Source: Candidatus Poseidoniaceae archaeon (lineage in GTDB: Archaea > Thermoplasmatota > Poseidoniia > Poseidoniales > Poseidoniaceae). From it: a stretch of 64,000 bases of DNA. The translations under genes were made by a program, and so were the position numbers. Shown here one piece after another: positions 9,624 through 21,700 of the stretch (position 1 is the first letter of the stretch; every line of letters begins with the position of its first letter). The notes below the pieces were generated by a model, which saw only the letters and a program-made list of their open reading frames with translations, had not been told where the DNA came from and ran no database searches. Location: the NCBI GenBank assembly GCA_028821785.1, contig JAPKFC010000002.1, positions 2,929 to 66,928 on the forward strand, read 5' to 3'.

Positions 9624-10757
9624 TTGGCATTCGATGTTCACGTTCTTGGTACTGCTTCGGCCCGTCCTACATCCAAAAGACAAGTTAGTGGAAGCATCAT
9701 AAAATGTGATGAGGGTAATGTTGTTATCGATGCAGGTGAAGGTTTCCAAACACGATTCGCCAAGCAGCGCAAGAATCTGAAACTTTTTGAGAAAGGTACA
9801 ACTTTGAAAACAGTAAAAATTGATGCTGTATGTTTAACCCATGGGCATTTGGACCATACCTGGGGGTTATTGCCATGGTTACAGAGCATGAGTTTAGACA
9901 ATAGAGAGAGTCCATTATTGATATTGGGGCCTACTAGCGAGGAAGTATTCGACTCACTGTTGAATAATCAACAAATCCCTGACCAAGCACCTCCTGCAGA
10001 ATTGGCGCGCCAGTTTAGATATTGGCAATCATTAGGAGGGAATCATGAAGCCCTGACTTATCCAATCCGCTGGGTACTAGGGGATATTGAAAATAATCGC
10101 TGGCTAGAATTCGATGCACAACAAAACAGTGTTCATCAATTACAGGGTATGCCTCAACCTTCTAAATGGAAAAATAACAAACTTTGTCCTTTACAAACTA
10201 ATCATTCAGTTCCATCCTGTGCGTGGATGGTTGAATCAAAACCAAAATCAGGTACTTTCAATCGAATGAAGGCGGCAGAAAACCGACTTAATATTGAGCA
10301 AAAAGGGGCATTGGCTAGCGGCCAAGATATTGAATTGGATGATGGTACAAAATTACACGCTAGCGACTTTAGGGGTGAGCCTAAAAATGGCTTGCGCGTA
10401 ATAATCTCTGGAGATACTGCAGAACTATCAGCAGGAATTACAAATTTAGATAATTGTGATCTATTAATTCATGAGGCAACTTTCGTTGAAGATGCAGCAA
10501 AATGGGCTGATGATTTCTTGCATAGCACTGCTACTGGCGCCGCAAGAACAGCCGTTCAGTGTGGCGCTAGACACCTAGCGATAACCCATTACTCTTCTAG
10601 AATCAAAGATTCAGGAGAACCTTTGAAAGAGGCACAATCAATCCTACAAGATAGCGCAATTTCTTGCTCAGCACTTTCAGATGGTGATAGAATAATTGTT
10701 GAAAATGATGGCCAAATTGTCCATCTATTTTGGAACGGTAATGGCTGGAGTCGTTGA
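9624..10757 (+). CDS. rnz: ribonuclease Z (metallo-beta-lactamase fold)
   Basis: LGT, IDAGEG, THGHLDH, SGDT, LIHEATF, HST and THYSSR motifs; probable start is TTG at 9624 because the GTG at 9615 is part of the GAGGTGA SD. Confidence 0.9.
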   Translation: MAFDVHVLGTASARPTSKRQVSGSIIKCDEGNVVIDAGEGFQTRFAKQRKNLKLFEKGTTLKTVKIDAVCLTHGHLDHTWGLLPWLQSMSLDNRESPLLILGPTSEEVFDSLLNNQQIPDQAPPAELARQFRYWQSLGGNHEALTYPIRWVLGDIENNRWLEFDAQQNSVHQLQGMPQPSKWKNNKLCPLQTNHSVPSCAWMVESKPKSGTFNRMKAAENRLNIEQKGALASGQDIELDDGTKLHASDFRGEPKNGLRVIISGDTAELSAGITNLDNCDLLIHEATFVEDAAKWADDFLHSTATGAARTAVQCGARHLAITHYSSRIKDSGEPLKEAQSILQDSAISCSALSDGDRIIVENDGQIVHLFWNGNGWSR

Positions 10758-10803
10758 TTCAAGCAAGCAAACCATTGAAGTGTGTTAAGGCGAGGGCCAA
10801 ATC

Positions 10804-13212
10804 ATGCAATCTCGCATCGTTGCTCTGATACTGGTCATCATGATGATTTGGCCTTCTGCGATTGCAGCCGAATCAGGGCGAGCAACTCCTAATTGCTTAC
10901 AGCAAGATATCTCAAGCATTCCAGGCTCTATTGGAATAGATAGTGGAGTTTGTGTCAAAGTGGATTTAGGACAATTACAATCAGGAGATGTCTATCAATT
11001 TGATATAACAATCTTACAATCTATCGACCTATTACTGTTTGATGAGAATGGAGTCCAAACATATGACTTAGGCCAATCATATCGCAACGCCTTTGAACAG
11101 ATTGTAAGCACAGAAAATGCGGAAGGACAATACCAATTCAATTGGCAAGTTCCAGCATCTATTACTGCAAAAACATGGTACGTTATCCTAGATAACTTGG
11201 CTCATGATGGAGACCAAGGCATGGGTGACCAAGGTGGAAATCAATCACAGGTCTCTATTTCTGTAGATAAAATGGACCAATCTTATTGGACACCATTCCA
11301 CAATTTGATTCAGATGGATAACCAAAGTAGTCAAGTGCTATTATCTGGTGATGATTTGAAATTAGACGCAGGAACTTCGATCGTTATTTCTGCCTGGGCT
11401 TTGCAAGGACAAGCTGATGTATATTTACAAACAAAGCAAATGTACGACCTGTATACAAGTGGTGGCGTTGGTTCACTATATGTTAACGGTGGAGATTTGC
11501 AAAATGTGGCGGATTCCGCTTCTATGACTTGGTTGGTCCCTGCAGAATTAGATGGCCAAGAATTGGTTGTTATCGCAGATAATACCGATACCCCGGTGGG
11601 TGGTGGCGATGGAAGCGAAGAGGTTAGAATGACGGTTAGAGTTGAGTTAGCACCACCTCTAAATCCAATCATTGCTGCTGAAGACAATTCTACAGTGGCA
11701 ATAGGACAATCAATTACATTGAATGCAGATTTAACTCCGAATAAGTTACAACAAATCGATACATTGAGTTGGGATTTTTATTCCGCTGATGGTTTGGCAA
11801 ATGATGATGCTAATGGATGGGAAGTTGAAGCCACTTGGCAAACCCCTGGTGTCAAAACAGTAACCCTAACCGCGACTTCACAAACTGGAGAAATCGCTCA
11901 AACAAATCATTCGATTACAGTGATTGATGTCGTAGACCCAGTTGCTAGGATTACCGGCAGTGGATTGCCGGTCAGTAATGGATGGAGAGTAAATATTGAC
12001 GAATCTATTTCTTTCAATTGTGATTCAAGTACTGATGATTACACAGAATTGACTTGCGCATGGACTTACGATGGTTCACCATATGGCCAAAACAATTCAA
12101 TTCTTCTAAGTTGGAATGACATTGGTAGCCACAGTATTGGGCTAACAGTTTCAGATGGAGCGGGAAATACAAATTCAGTGATGACTAGCGTGATTGTCTT
12201 AGATACAACACTTCCAAAACTCGACTCATCCAGTCTTGAAGGATTTGCATCTGCTGGAACGGTTGGAGAAAAACTTACTTTCACAGTTTCAGCCACAGAT
12301 TCCTATGATGATGTCACCGATTTACGTTATCACTGGGATTTGCAACCGAGCAGGGACACTGATAACAATGGAAATCCTAGGGATGATGCAGATTTAGTCG
12401 GATATAAAACTAGTATTACTTTCAATAAAATTGGTCGTAATGAAGTAGTCCTAACCGTATTTGATGAATCAAATAATTCAGATTCACACGCCTTTGCAGT
12501 CAATGTAGCATCGGCGCCAATACAAGAAGGACTCACTCCGATTCTGTTTTTGGTTCTATTTGTTGTAGCGATTACATCTGCAGTTGCAATCTTGGGTCAT
12601 AGAAGGTGGCAATCTCGGATAGCAAGTGAAATATTGTTGGGAAGAGGATTATCCGAAGCAGAAGTGATTGTTCACATGGCTACTGTGAAGCAAACTAGAG
12701 CGTTACCATTATTTGCCAGTGCTACCCAATTAGCAGGGTTAGATGCAGGAGAAGTACAATCAAGTTCCGATATAGAATTAGCAGAGAAGGAAGCAGAATT
12801 ACAGTCAATATATGGTAATGAAAATACTGCAGACCTTGGATTTGCAAGTAATAGCGGCTTCTCTCAAGCACCTCAAATGAGTGCAGGAAGTCTTTCCTCA
12901 GCAGCAGAAGCATCAGCACTATTGCAAGAAGATGCAGGTTCTGCACCACAACCGATCCAAAATGAAGCACCTAAAGCGTTGGTTGAGAGTGGTGGAATTG
13001 CTCTTCCTGAAGGAGTATCTAGTACACGTCCTGTAGTTGTAGAACAACAAGTTCCCGTAGTTGTAGAACCACAAATTGCTGCAGTTGCAACAGAACTGAA
13101 CTGCGTTTGCGAATCTTGTGGAGCAGGATTTGAGATCACGCTCCCAGCTGGTGTTCCTAAAGCAGTTGTAGCGTGTCCATCTTGTCAAGTGGACAATTTG
13201 ATTGGCGCATAA
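10804..13212 (+). CDS. PKD-domain cell-surface protein with C-terminal TM anchor and cytoplasmic zinc ribbon
   Basis: Signal peptide, three PKD-like repeats (LSWDF, CAWTYDG, YHWDL), TM near aa 580, C-terminal CESC...CPSC. Confidence 0.8.
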   Translation: MQSRIVALILVIMMIWPSAIAAESGRATPNCLQQDISSIPGSIGIDSGVCVKVDLGQLQSGDVYQFDITILQSIDLLLFDENGVQTYDLGQSYRNAFEQIVSTENAEGQYQFNWQVPASITAKTWYVILDNLAHDGDQGMGDQGGNQSQVSISVDKMDQSYWTPFHNLIQMDNQSSQVLLSGDDLKLDAGTSIVISAWALQGQADVYLQTKQMYDLYTSGGVGSLYVNGGDLQNVADSASMTWLVPAELDGQELVVIADNTDTPVGGGDGSEEVRMTVRVELAPPLNPIIAAEDNSTVAIGQSITLNADLTPNKLQQIDTLSWDFYSADGLANDDANGWEVEATWQTPGVKTVTLTATSQTGEIAQTNHSITVIDVVDPVARITGSGLPVSNGWRVNIDESISFNCDSSTDDYTELTCAWTYDGSPYGQNNSILLSWNDIGSHSIGLTVSDGAGNTNSVMTSVIVLDTTLPKLDSSSLEGFASAGTVGEKLTFTVSATDSYDDVTDLRYHWDLQPSRDTDNNGNPRDDADLVGYKTSITFNKIGRNEVVLTVFDESNNSDSHAFAVNVASAPIQEGLTPILFLVLFVVAITSAVAILGHRRWQSRIASEILLGRGLSEAEVIVHMATVKQTRALPLFASATQLAGLDAGEVQSSSDIELAEKEAELQSIYGNENTADLGFASNSGFSQAPQMSAGSLSSAAEASALLQEDAGSAPQPIQNEAPKALVESGGIALPEGVSSTRPVVVEQQVPVVVEPQIAAVATELNCVCESCGAGFEITLPAGVPKAVVACPSCQVDNLIGA

Positions 13213-13331
13213 CCAAAAGCCCATTAGGGGGCTGTGAAGCAGTTTTGACATCTACTATGAATTACTGAAATGGCCCTAGAAGTATGCAAAGAGGCGAATG
13301 TTTCTCATAGGTGTTAATCTTCCTTTAGTAT

Positions 13332-16300
13332 ATGGATGAGCGGAAGCCTCGCTTGATACGCCAAGGTTTGCCACAAAAGGCAGACCCTAGGCGAATGTCA
13401 ATTTTCCTCGTCTTGGTAATGATGTCTTCAATCGCAGTACCTGTCAATGCAGATGTTAGCGTAGCAACAGATGACTTCGGAGTTCTTGATGCTCTTGCCC
13501 AAACATTGGCAGACAGGGAACAGAGCGGTGAATCATTAATTGCTGTCCAAGGTGCAGATAATTCCTTGGCCTATGTTGATGCTGCTGCGAGACCAATTAC
13601 TACTAGTGATGCATTAAGTGAAGCGGATAGTTATCTCGAGGACATCGATATGCGAGATTCTACGCCGTATGAGGCAGATCATCCTAGGCCGTATCAATTT
13701 CTAATTGGAGAGGCTACACATCCAGATGGATGGCCTTACAATCTGTATGAAACTTTATTTTCAACTGAACAATTTGCATCAGACAATTTATTGGGCATTG
13801 GAATAAATACCTATGCAATTTATGTTAATTTTTCTTCAAGGAACGATGGGCCATCACATGAGGCTTGGGATTCAGGTACATTCACAGGTGAAATTTTCAC
13901 CGCCTCTGGTGGATTAGCGTTATTTGAAAATTATATTGATGTTGATGGTGATGGCATCGATGACCTTTCTGTTGCATTAACGGTTGAGGGAATTACCACA
14001 CTCGGTGAAGGAATCGGGGTTGAATTCAGTGATGATATAATCCCTCTTATCGAGGAGATTTGGATACGGCCGACTTTCAAATGGCAGGTAACCACTCTCA
14101 ATCAAAATGATCCATTATGGAATGAACTTGCACATTTAGAAGTCAGCCTAATGAAGGGGTTGGCCTTTGATATTACCTTTGATGATTCAGAATCTTATGC
14201 AATAGTAATCGATACACGTTTCACTCAGCCCCCTAATGATTTTTCATTAGGAGTCGGAATTCAAAAGATGACATTTGATGTCAATGCCGCTTTCACCAGT
14301 GCCTTTGCACTGATAGCAGCGTTAATAGGCGGACAAGTCAACTCATCCGAACTAACATTGACTGCAGTATCAGCACCTTATGCGTTAAGAATTGTCAATC
14401 CAAACCACGATTCTTCAAATCTTCAAACCGATTGTGAAGATGATAATTATTTTGACCCAATCAATGACCATATGGCAGAATCCCGTATGCACAAATGTGG
14501 ATTTAGTGTCGGCATTGGCTATGTTCACTTTGGGCAACAAAACCCCGGAGGGTCTGTTCCAGTTTTGGAATTGGCATATGTCGATGTAGGTTTCCATCCC
14601 GAACAAGGTTCAACATTACTTCCAGGGGAAGTAGATTTAACTTTGAGAAATGACAATTTTGGTAAGAACTCATTTGACACAGTAGAGATTTATTCTGATA
14701 CCGGTATAGACCTTTATGTCCATTATTATGAAGATAGGTCCGAGGTTCCAGAAGGAGATTTACCATTTGGAAACATCACCGATTCAAGGGCTTGGATTAG
14801 AGGATTACCGTCAGGTTCCCTACATGGCGATGAAATAAATGCAATTTTCACCATGATTGGAGAAGCACCGGGGTCTGCCAACCTTCCAGGGGATATGCCA
14901 ACTAGATTGTCACTGATTATTGCAATTAAAAATTTCACAGATGACAAAGATGGAAATGTCAATGACCCAACATTACCAGTGAACCCAAGCAGCCCGCCAA
15001 ATACATTAATCGCCATTGTTGGAACCGAATCAATAGATAGATTGGAATACAAATCAACTTTCATGAGAGGCGGCTATGCTAATGATTCATCATCTCTGCA
15101 AGTAGCTATTGATAATGTACCTAAAGCAATAGTTGTACAGGGTAGTTTCTTAGTTCCAAGCAGCGGTCTTGGAAGAATCAATTTCGATAATCCAAATTTA
15201 AACTCAGTCGCACAAGTTTTCGATAACGCACTACTCTCAATCGTTGAAATCATCTTGGATATTGGTGATGTTGTTAATGGCTTACCATCTTCTATTGTAG
15301 GGACAGCAGGTTCAAGCGGTGGTGAAGTCAATGTCAATTGTTACAATCAAATAAAGCAGAGTTTACCAACATCGGTAAGAGAACCGATGGAGATTGGTAG
15401 CCTGGAATTAGCAATCTCCTCCTCAGACCAACCTTGGCTTCCTGAAATGGATCACATTCTACTTTCCCAAGATATGGAGTTGGATGTTGTAGCCGGTAGG
15501 CTAGGTAGCCAACCACCACTAGTACCTATTGCAATCAGCATAAAAATTGGTGGTATAAGTCACATTAGGCATGCCTTTGACTCCGTAAATGAAATCAGAA
15601 ATATGGAATTAGATGGTATTGAAGGTGGGCCATTATTGATTGGTCATATCAAACATCATGGCACTGTATTTGATGATGCAGTACAACAATCAGCAACGGT
15701 TTCAAATCGTCCTAGCAGTTTTTCCGTTGTCCAAACAGATTCTGAATTATCATATTCGGCAAGCACCCCTATCGGCACTATCACCTATGGCGGCACAGCC
15801 GGAGAGCAAAGAAATGCAATACGTCTTGCTGGACTTCCAGCCTCATTTTCTATATTACTGGGAGATACAATCGGTTATGTTGCTAGCGAACCGATGGATT
15901 CAATCCAAATTCAAATGACAAATGCATCACAACCATTGACTATGGATGGAGATCATTTCAGATATTGGGTTGATGAAAACAATGGTGAAGCAAGTCTTAG
16001 TGCTCAGATTTCCAATGTTACTAGTCTGCAAAGATTGTCACCTCTTGTACCATCTGCTAGCGGTCCCGAAGGTAATTCTCGAATACAATTATTACGTTCT
16101 AGTTCATCACCATTTAACGTACTGATGGAGGATGTTTCAATTTACGATGATCCATTTTTGGGCCTTAATGGTAAGGCAAGGCTTGACCCATTACCTGCAA
16201 ATATCACCATGGCATATCCAAGTTCAGTAGATTCAACAAATCTACAACTACCCGACTTTGGAGATGGTGAAGGAATTGAAGCAGTATCATTCTTTTTGGG

Positions 16301-17996
16301 CGATCTTGTCGACTTTGGAACAGTCGTAAATGATTTCATTCATTCCATGTCAATGGATTTAGCAGGAACATCAGGAAACAATGCAGATATGGCAATCGGT
16401 TTGAATCTAGAAACAGGTGAAGAATTTGATATTACTGCAGATTTCATTAAAGGCACAAATGTTGACAATGTTCCTACTTGGCAGCATGGCTTATCAATGG
16501 AAGTTGAAGAACAAACTCGTATAATCTTTAATCTGTCAAGAATGCCAACATTTACTCTTTCCAGCCGTCAAGTTGTCAATTCTGCATTAGAAGATGGCAT
16601 GATTAGTAGCGATGAGGCAGATGCTGTAGTCAGCGCACTAGAGGCAGCAAATATCACCGATTCCCGAATATTGGTTAATTCACTTTTAGATTCTGTCATC
16701 ACAGATGAAGAAATCGCTCGTGTAAATTTATCAAAATGGCAACAACAAGGAATCACCATTGAAGATAGACGGGCATGGCATATTCGCTCATGGTTGCCGA
16801 ATTTACCACCTGGAACGATTCTAATAGAATATGATTTCAGAACACTTGATGGTATTCCAACCTATGAATTAGATATTGAATTAGACCAATGGCAACCTGA
16901 ACGCCAGCAATTGACATTCGAAGTAAATGGGTTTGATGGAAAAGATTTGAAATTAGTCTTAGATGGACTTGATAATCAAAAACCTAACAATGTGGTCGCC
17001 AATGCAGTATTTTCTACACAAGATAATCTAACTGTACCGCGTGTTACAGTTGATATGCACTATGATATTGGAGCAAGATTAAATTCAGCACATGCGATCT
17101 TTATTGATAAACATGTTATGAACCGGATTGAGGCACTTATCATCGGTGTTCCTCAATCCACCGATTTTTCAGCAACGATTGGTGATGTATTGCTAGTCGA
17201 TATCGAAGTGCCAATAGAATACCGCATAGACGAGCATTCAGCAGATGCAATCATGTTGCAATCGATGAGGTATATTGACGGCTTTTGGTGGCCTGCCACA
17301 GTTTTCATGAGAGATTTACCTGGAGTTATGCAACTGAAAGCGCAACCTCAACTTGTGTTTGACATCCGCGAAATGACTTCTTTCCAAGGAATGATGAGTT
17401 TAGATTATACTTCGAATACAGATGATATGGACTTGTATCTGGAAGCAAATGGAAGAGCGATTGACTCCAAAGGTGATGTTTTGATGTTGGCTGAGGATTT
17501 ACCGAGGCGCTTCGAACTTGTACCAACTGAAGACTGGGGTATGAAGGTTGATTCATCCGGTGTTGGAGTCAAACGAGTATATATCCGTCAAAGCAATGTT
17601 CCAAGTACACCAGGAGTTACAATTGACAGAATTGAAATTGTTGGACAGGATTTGAAATCTGCAACAATTCATATTTATGAAGGCCCGTTCAAGTATCCAA
17701 TTATTGTCTTGGATGATATTACCAATGGCAGAATAATAGTAAGTGCGCAGGCTACAATAGAGCCAGGATTTTACTATCCATCATTAGATGGCGTTGTTCT
17801 AGATGGTAGGGCAGTTCTTCTTGATGCACAATTCACTGGAGTAATACCAACAGCGTCTTCTTTAGGTGTCAATGGAATTGTTACTGACCTTTCATTGGTT
17901 GGAACACTGACGGGTGGTGCTGTTGAAACAAGACACATCATGGTCATCGAACCGTTGACTACAATGCTTGCTTCAGGCTTAATGCTACTAGGGTGA
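13332..17996 (+). CDS. very large secreted/surface hypothetical protein (1554 aa)
   Basis: Signal-peptide-like segment, acidic and beta-rich, DVDGDGIDD Ca-binding-like motif, hydrophobic C-terminus. Confidence 0.8.
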   Translation: MDERKPRLIRQGLPQKADPRRMSIFLVLVMMSSIAVPVNADVSVATDDFGVLDALAQTLADREQSGESLIAVQGADNSLAYVDAAARPITTSDALSEADSYLEDIDMRDSTPYEADHPRPYQFLIGEATHPDGWPYNLYETLFSTEQFASDNLLGIGINTYAIYVNFSSRNDGPSHEAWDSGTFTGEIFTASGGLALFENYIDVDGDGIDDLSVALTVEGITTLGEGIGVEFSDDIIPLIEEIWIRPTFKWQVTTLNQNDPLWNELAHLEVSLMKGLAFDITFDDSESYAIVIDTRFTQPPNDFSLGVGIQKMTFDVNAAFTSAFALIAALIGGQVNSSELTLTAVSAPYALRIVNPNHDSSNLQTDCEDDNYFDPINDHMAESRMHKCGFSVGIGYVHFGQQNPGGSVPVLELAYVDVGFHPEQGSTLLPGEVDLTLRNDNFGKNSFDTVEIYSDTGIDLYVHYYEDRSEVPEGDLPFGNITDSRAWIRGLPSGSLHGDEINAIFTMIGEAPGSANLPGDMPTRLSLIIAIKNFTDDKDGNVNDPTLPVNPSSPPNTLIAIVGTESIDRLEYKSTFMRGGYANDSSSLQVAIDNVPKAIVVQGSFLVPSSGLGRINFDNPNLNSVAQVFDNALLSIVEIILDIGDVVNGLPSSIVGTAGSSGGEVNVNCYNQIKQSLPTSVREPMEIGSLELAISSSDQPWLPEMDHILLSQDMELDVVAGRLGSQPPLVPIAISIKIGGISHIRHAFDSVNEIRNMELDGIEGGPLLIGHIKHHGTVFDDAVQQSATVSNRPSSFSVVQTDSELSYSASTPIGTITYGGTAGEQRNAIRLAGLPASFSILLGDTIGYVASEPMDSIQIQMTNASQPLTMDGDHFRYWVDENNGEASLSAQISNVTSLQRLSPLVPSASGPEGNSRIQLLRSSSSPFNVLMEDVSIYDDPFLGLNGKARLDPLPANITMAYPSSVDSTNLQLPDFGDGEGIEAVSFFLGDLVDFGTVVNDFIHSMSMDLAGTSGNNADMAIGLNLETGEEFDITADFIKGTNVDNVPTWQHGLSMEVEEQTRIIFNLSRMPTFTLSSRQVVNSALEDGMISSDEADAVVSALEAANITDSRILVNSLLDSVITDEEIARVNLSKWQQQGITIEDRRAWHIRSWLPNLPPGTILIEYDFRTLDGIPTYELDIELDQWQPERQQLTFEVNGFDGKDLKLVLDGLDNQKPNNVVANAVFSTQDNLTVPRVTVDMHYDIGARLNSAHAIFIDKHVMNRIEALIIGVPQSTDFSATIGDVLLVDIEVPIEYRIDEHSADAIMLQSMRYIDGFWWPATVFMRDLPGVMQLKAQPQLVFDIREMTSFQGMMSLDYTSNTDDMDLYLEANGRAIDSKGDVLMLAEDLPRRFELVPTEDWGMKVDSSGVGVKRVYIRQSNVPSTPGVTIDRIEIVGQDLKSATIHIYEGPFKYPIIVLDDITNGRIIVSAQATIEPGFYYPSLDGVVLDGRAVLLDAQFTGVIPTASSLGVNGIVTDLSLVGTLTGGAVETRHIMVIEPLTTMLASGLMLLG

Positions 17997-18000
17997 TTAC

Positions 18001-18681
18001 ATGACAGATAGATCGGAATCAAAGGAAATCGCAGTGGGCCAAGACGGCGAACTGTTAGTTCATGAGGATGACATCACAGAGACCGGTGGATTAATGGCTA
18101 GAGGTTTGGATAAACAAGCTGAATTGGGAGCATTTGACAGCGATAATGAAGAGGATAGAGAGGATTGGGAATACGCCCAAGAAGCAGCAAAGAGTCTTCG
18201 TGACAAAGTGATTGAAGTCGACCCGTATCAAGTGGTGCTGGCAGGTTTTGTAATCCTCTTGATGATCGGAGTTGTCCTCAGTGGATGGTACTGGGTACTG
18301 CCACGAGATTCAGTAGTTCTTGAAACACATTACAAACAACGTGGTGGACATTTGATGATGTCCGAATTAACCAATGATGGTAGTAGGGAAATCACCGATG
18401 TTGTAATCCATGTAGAATTCCAAGATGTTGATGGTTTAGTTCTAGATCAAATGAGAATTGAATTGGATAAAGTTTCAGCCCATGCCTCCATAGCAGGAGA
18501 TGATTTGGAAATGCTAGTTTCTGGTTATACAATTTGGGATAATTACATAGTTCATACGCATATAGAATGGACCGATTACAATGGCGATGACAATCGTCAA
18601 GACTGGTATCATTATGTTGGTCATTGGTCAAGTGAAATATTCATTGATGAAGGCGATAAAAGCACTTGGCCCTTCTCTTGA
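18001..18681 (+). CDS. single-pass membrane protein with C-terminal Ig-like domain
   Basis: Acidic N-terminus, one TM helix, beta-sandwich-like LTNDGSREITDVVIHVEF. Confidence 0.75.
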   Translation: MTDRSESKEIAVGQDGELLVHEDDITETGGLMARGLDKQAELGAFDSDNEEDREDWEYAQEAAKSLRDKVIEVDPYQVVLAGFVILLMIGVVLSGWYWVLPRDSVVLETHYKQRGGHLMMSELTNDGSREITDVVIHVEFQDVDGLVLDQMRIELDKVSAHASIAGDDLEMLVSGYTIWDNYIVHTHIEWTDYNGDDNRQDWYHYVGHWSSEIFIDEGDKSTWPFS

Positions 18682-18755
18682 TTATGTTTTATTTTGACAT
18701 GCTATGCAATCATTGCACCCGAAGCGATAAAGCGGGGCAGTTCAGCCCTTAACTT

Positions 18756-21700
18756 GTGCAAACCAGCAGTTCTCTTAGGATGGCGCTGTGCTTAGTTGTG
18801 ATATTCGTATTGCAAAGTCTAAGCCCTATGCTTCACCCTACGGGTGAACAAACGGATGTATCCCAACTGGATTCAAGCCAAACCGAATGGGTTAGATTTG
18901 ATTTGGTGGATGGTGTATATTCAGATGCAGTTGGTGAATATGACTATACAAATTCTCTCGAAGATAGGCCAAATATCGCATCATCACGGATTGGCGATTT
19001 TGACCAATACGGATTCACAGCATCAAGACCATTGCCGATGGAATTGATGCAAGCTCGCCCAGACCTCTCGCTGTTGATAGTAGATGATTCAATACGAATG
19101 GAACAAGCAAGGCAACAATTGAATGATATTCAAGGATTAATGATTAGAGAATTGATTGCACCTTCAGGATTACTCATCCAAGGCACTTCAAATTCAATTC
19201 AGCAAGCAAGCGATGTGCAAGGTGTTGTCGCAACTCATCAAGTTCCATTAGCGCTCTTAATCGATGATGCAATATTGGATGTCATGATGCTAACCGATGG
19301 AACTGATGCCCTCCAAGGACAAGCGGTGAGGCTCGAAGGTTGGAGAGATGAATTAGGTCCGGTTGATTCTGTAGAATTAACAGACGAGCAAGGATTTACT
19401 ATTTTCCAGTCGCTTGAAGAAGTTTCCAAAGTAGGCTTATCTGAAATAATAAAATGGGATGAAGGGCGTTATGAAGGGCAGTTGAACAGTGAACAGATTG
19501 CGGAATTAATCATTCAACCGAGTGTTCGTTCATTCCGTTTTAACCCGCAATTTACTATTGATAATGATAACGCTCGCAGTAATATGAAAACTACTGTGAT
19601 GACATCATACTTTACTACTGATTTAGATGGTTCAGGGCAAATGGTTGCAGTTGCCGATTCGGGATTGGACGGAGATCATGGCGATTTTGGTACGAGAGTA
19701 GTTAGCAGTAATGATGTGATTGGAGATGGCTCTACTGCGGACACACATTCAGGCCATGGAACGCACGTCGCATGTACGGTTCTAGGCGACGGCACCCAAG
19801 GTGGTTATGCCGGTGTAGCACCAGCAGCGGAATTATATTTCCAAGCAATGGAGAATGATAATACCGGTAATTTCCAATCACCTTCTCTAAATTATTTGAT
19901 GAATACAGCATATAGTGCAGGAGCGCGAACCCACACCAATTCATGGGGTGCAAAGGATGCAAGTCAACAAGGAAAATATGATTCAGAAGCAGAGGATGTT
20001 GATGATAGGGCAAATTATTACGACAAATATTACAACGGTAGAGAGGGATTGACAATTCTATTTGCAGCAGGAAATGATGGGCCAGGGACTGGAACAGTAT
20101 CACCACCTGCTACTGCAAAAAATATACTTTCAGTCGGTAATCATCAAAATCGCTATTCAGGCGCACCTGACTCTTTGATGAGTAGTTCAAGCCGAGGGCC
20201 TACAGATGATGGCAGAATCAAACCGGACATCATAGCGCCTGGAGGATATGTTCGTTCATGTCGTGCTCAAGAAGCAACAGATACATCAGGTTCAACTTGG
20301 TCAAATAATTGGTATCTTGAGTATACTGGAACTTCTATGGCGACTCCAAATGCAGCAGGAGCTGCAGCGATGGTCAGAGAATACCTTGAGGAAATAGCAC
20401 AACGCCCAGCTCCTCAAGGTGCTTTGGTCAAGGCATTACTCGTTCTTGGCGCCCAAGACATAGGCACAAGGGATATTCCCAACAACGATGAAGGATGGGG
20501 GCGAATCAATCTTAGAGAAACTCTTGCGCCTCAAGGTGGACAAGGGATTTGGGTAGATGATAGGTCAGTGCTTTCAGGTTCAGGCAACTCAAAATCATAT
20601 ACATTTAATTTGACACAAAACAATGGTAAATTCAAGGTTGTTTTGACATGGTCCGATGAGAGAGGTTCTTCCTTTTCAACAAAGAAATTAGTCAATAATT
20701 TAGATTTGATCGTAACTTCTCCAGATGGGACCATCTACAAAGGAAATGATTTCGCTAACGGAGTTTCAACAACCGGTGGAAGTGCAGATGATACCAATAA
20801 TTTGGAAGTCGTATTACTAGATTATGCTATGAGTGGCGTCTGGACTGTTAAGGCAAAAAACACCTACCAAGGAGGTAGTTCAGCCCAGACTTATTCAATT
20901 GCAGTAATGGGGCATGGTGTCAATGATTTACGACCTGACCCAATGGTGATGGTAGATGATTTTTCAATGGATGTTAGCATTCCGCAAGTAGGCGATCAAG
21001 TTCATATAGAAACCAAAGTATTCAATGCCGGAAACGTTGAAGCCGAATCCTTTGACGTTGTCTTTTCAGTCAACGCAACAGAGATAACTCGTAAAAATAT
21101 CGATTTAGGTGCAGGATCTGCTAAGACATTATTCTGGACTTGGACCCCAGTGGCTTCTGGACAGACAACACTTACCTTCACAATAGACCCAGATGATGAT
21201 ATTGAAGAAATACTTGAAAATAATAACCAGCATAACATCGTGGTCAATGTTACTGCTCCAGGTGTGAAATTATCAAGTTCAACCCAAACTACATTTTTAG
21301 ATAACACTCAATCTTCTGCCACTTCATGGAATGTTTCTCTCACCAATACAGCATTGATATCAACCAATGCATCATTATTTGTTGATAATTTGATTCATGT
21401 TGAAAGTAATTTGGCTTTATCGTGGTATGTTGGTACGACACAAGCAAACCACTCACTTGAGGGTCAACAATCAACAGAAATAACAGTCACATTAGTTCAT
21501 CCAACCCCTCCAGACCCGGGTACATACCGGATTAGTTTAATCGGAATAGATGTTGATAATGGGGTAAATTATCCATATGCGCTGGACTTAGTAGTTCCAA
21601 GCCTATCGAAAGTAAATATTGAATATGATTATCAAATTGTTCCAGTGCATCCAGTCAATACGACGAGTATAGATGTTAGATTTTTCAATATTGGTAATGA

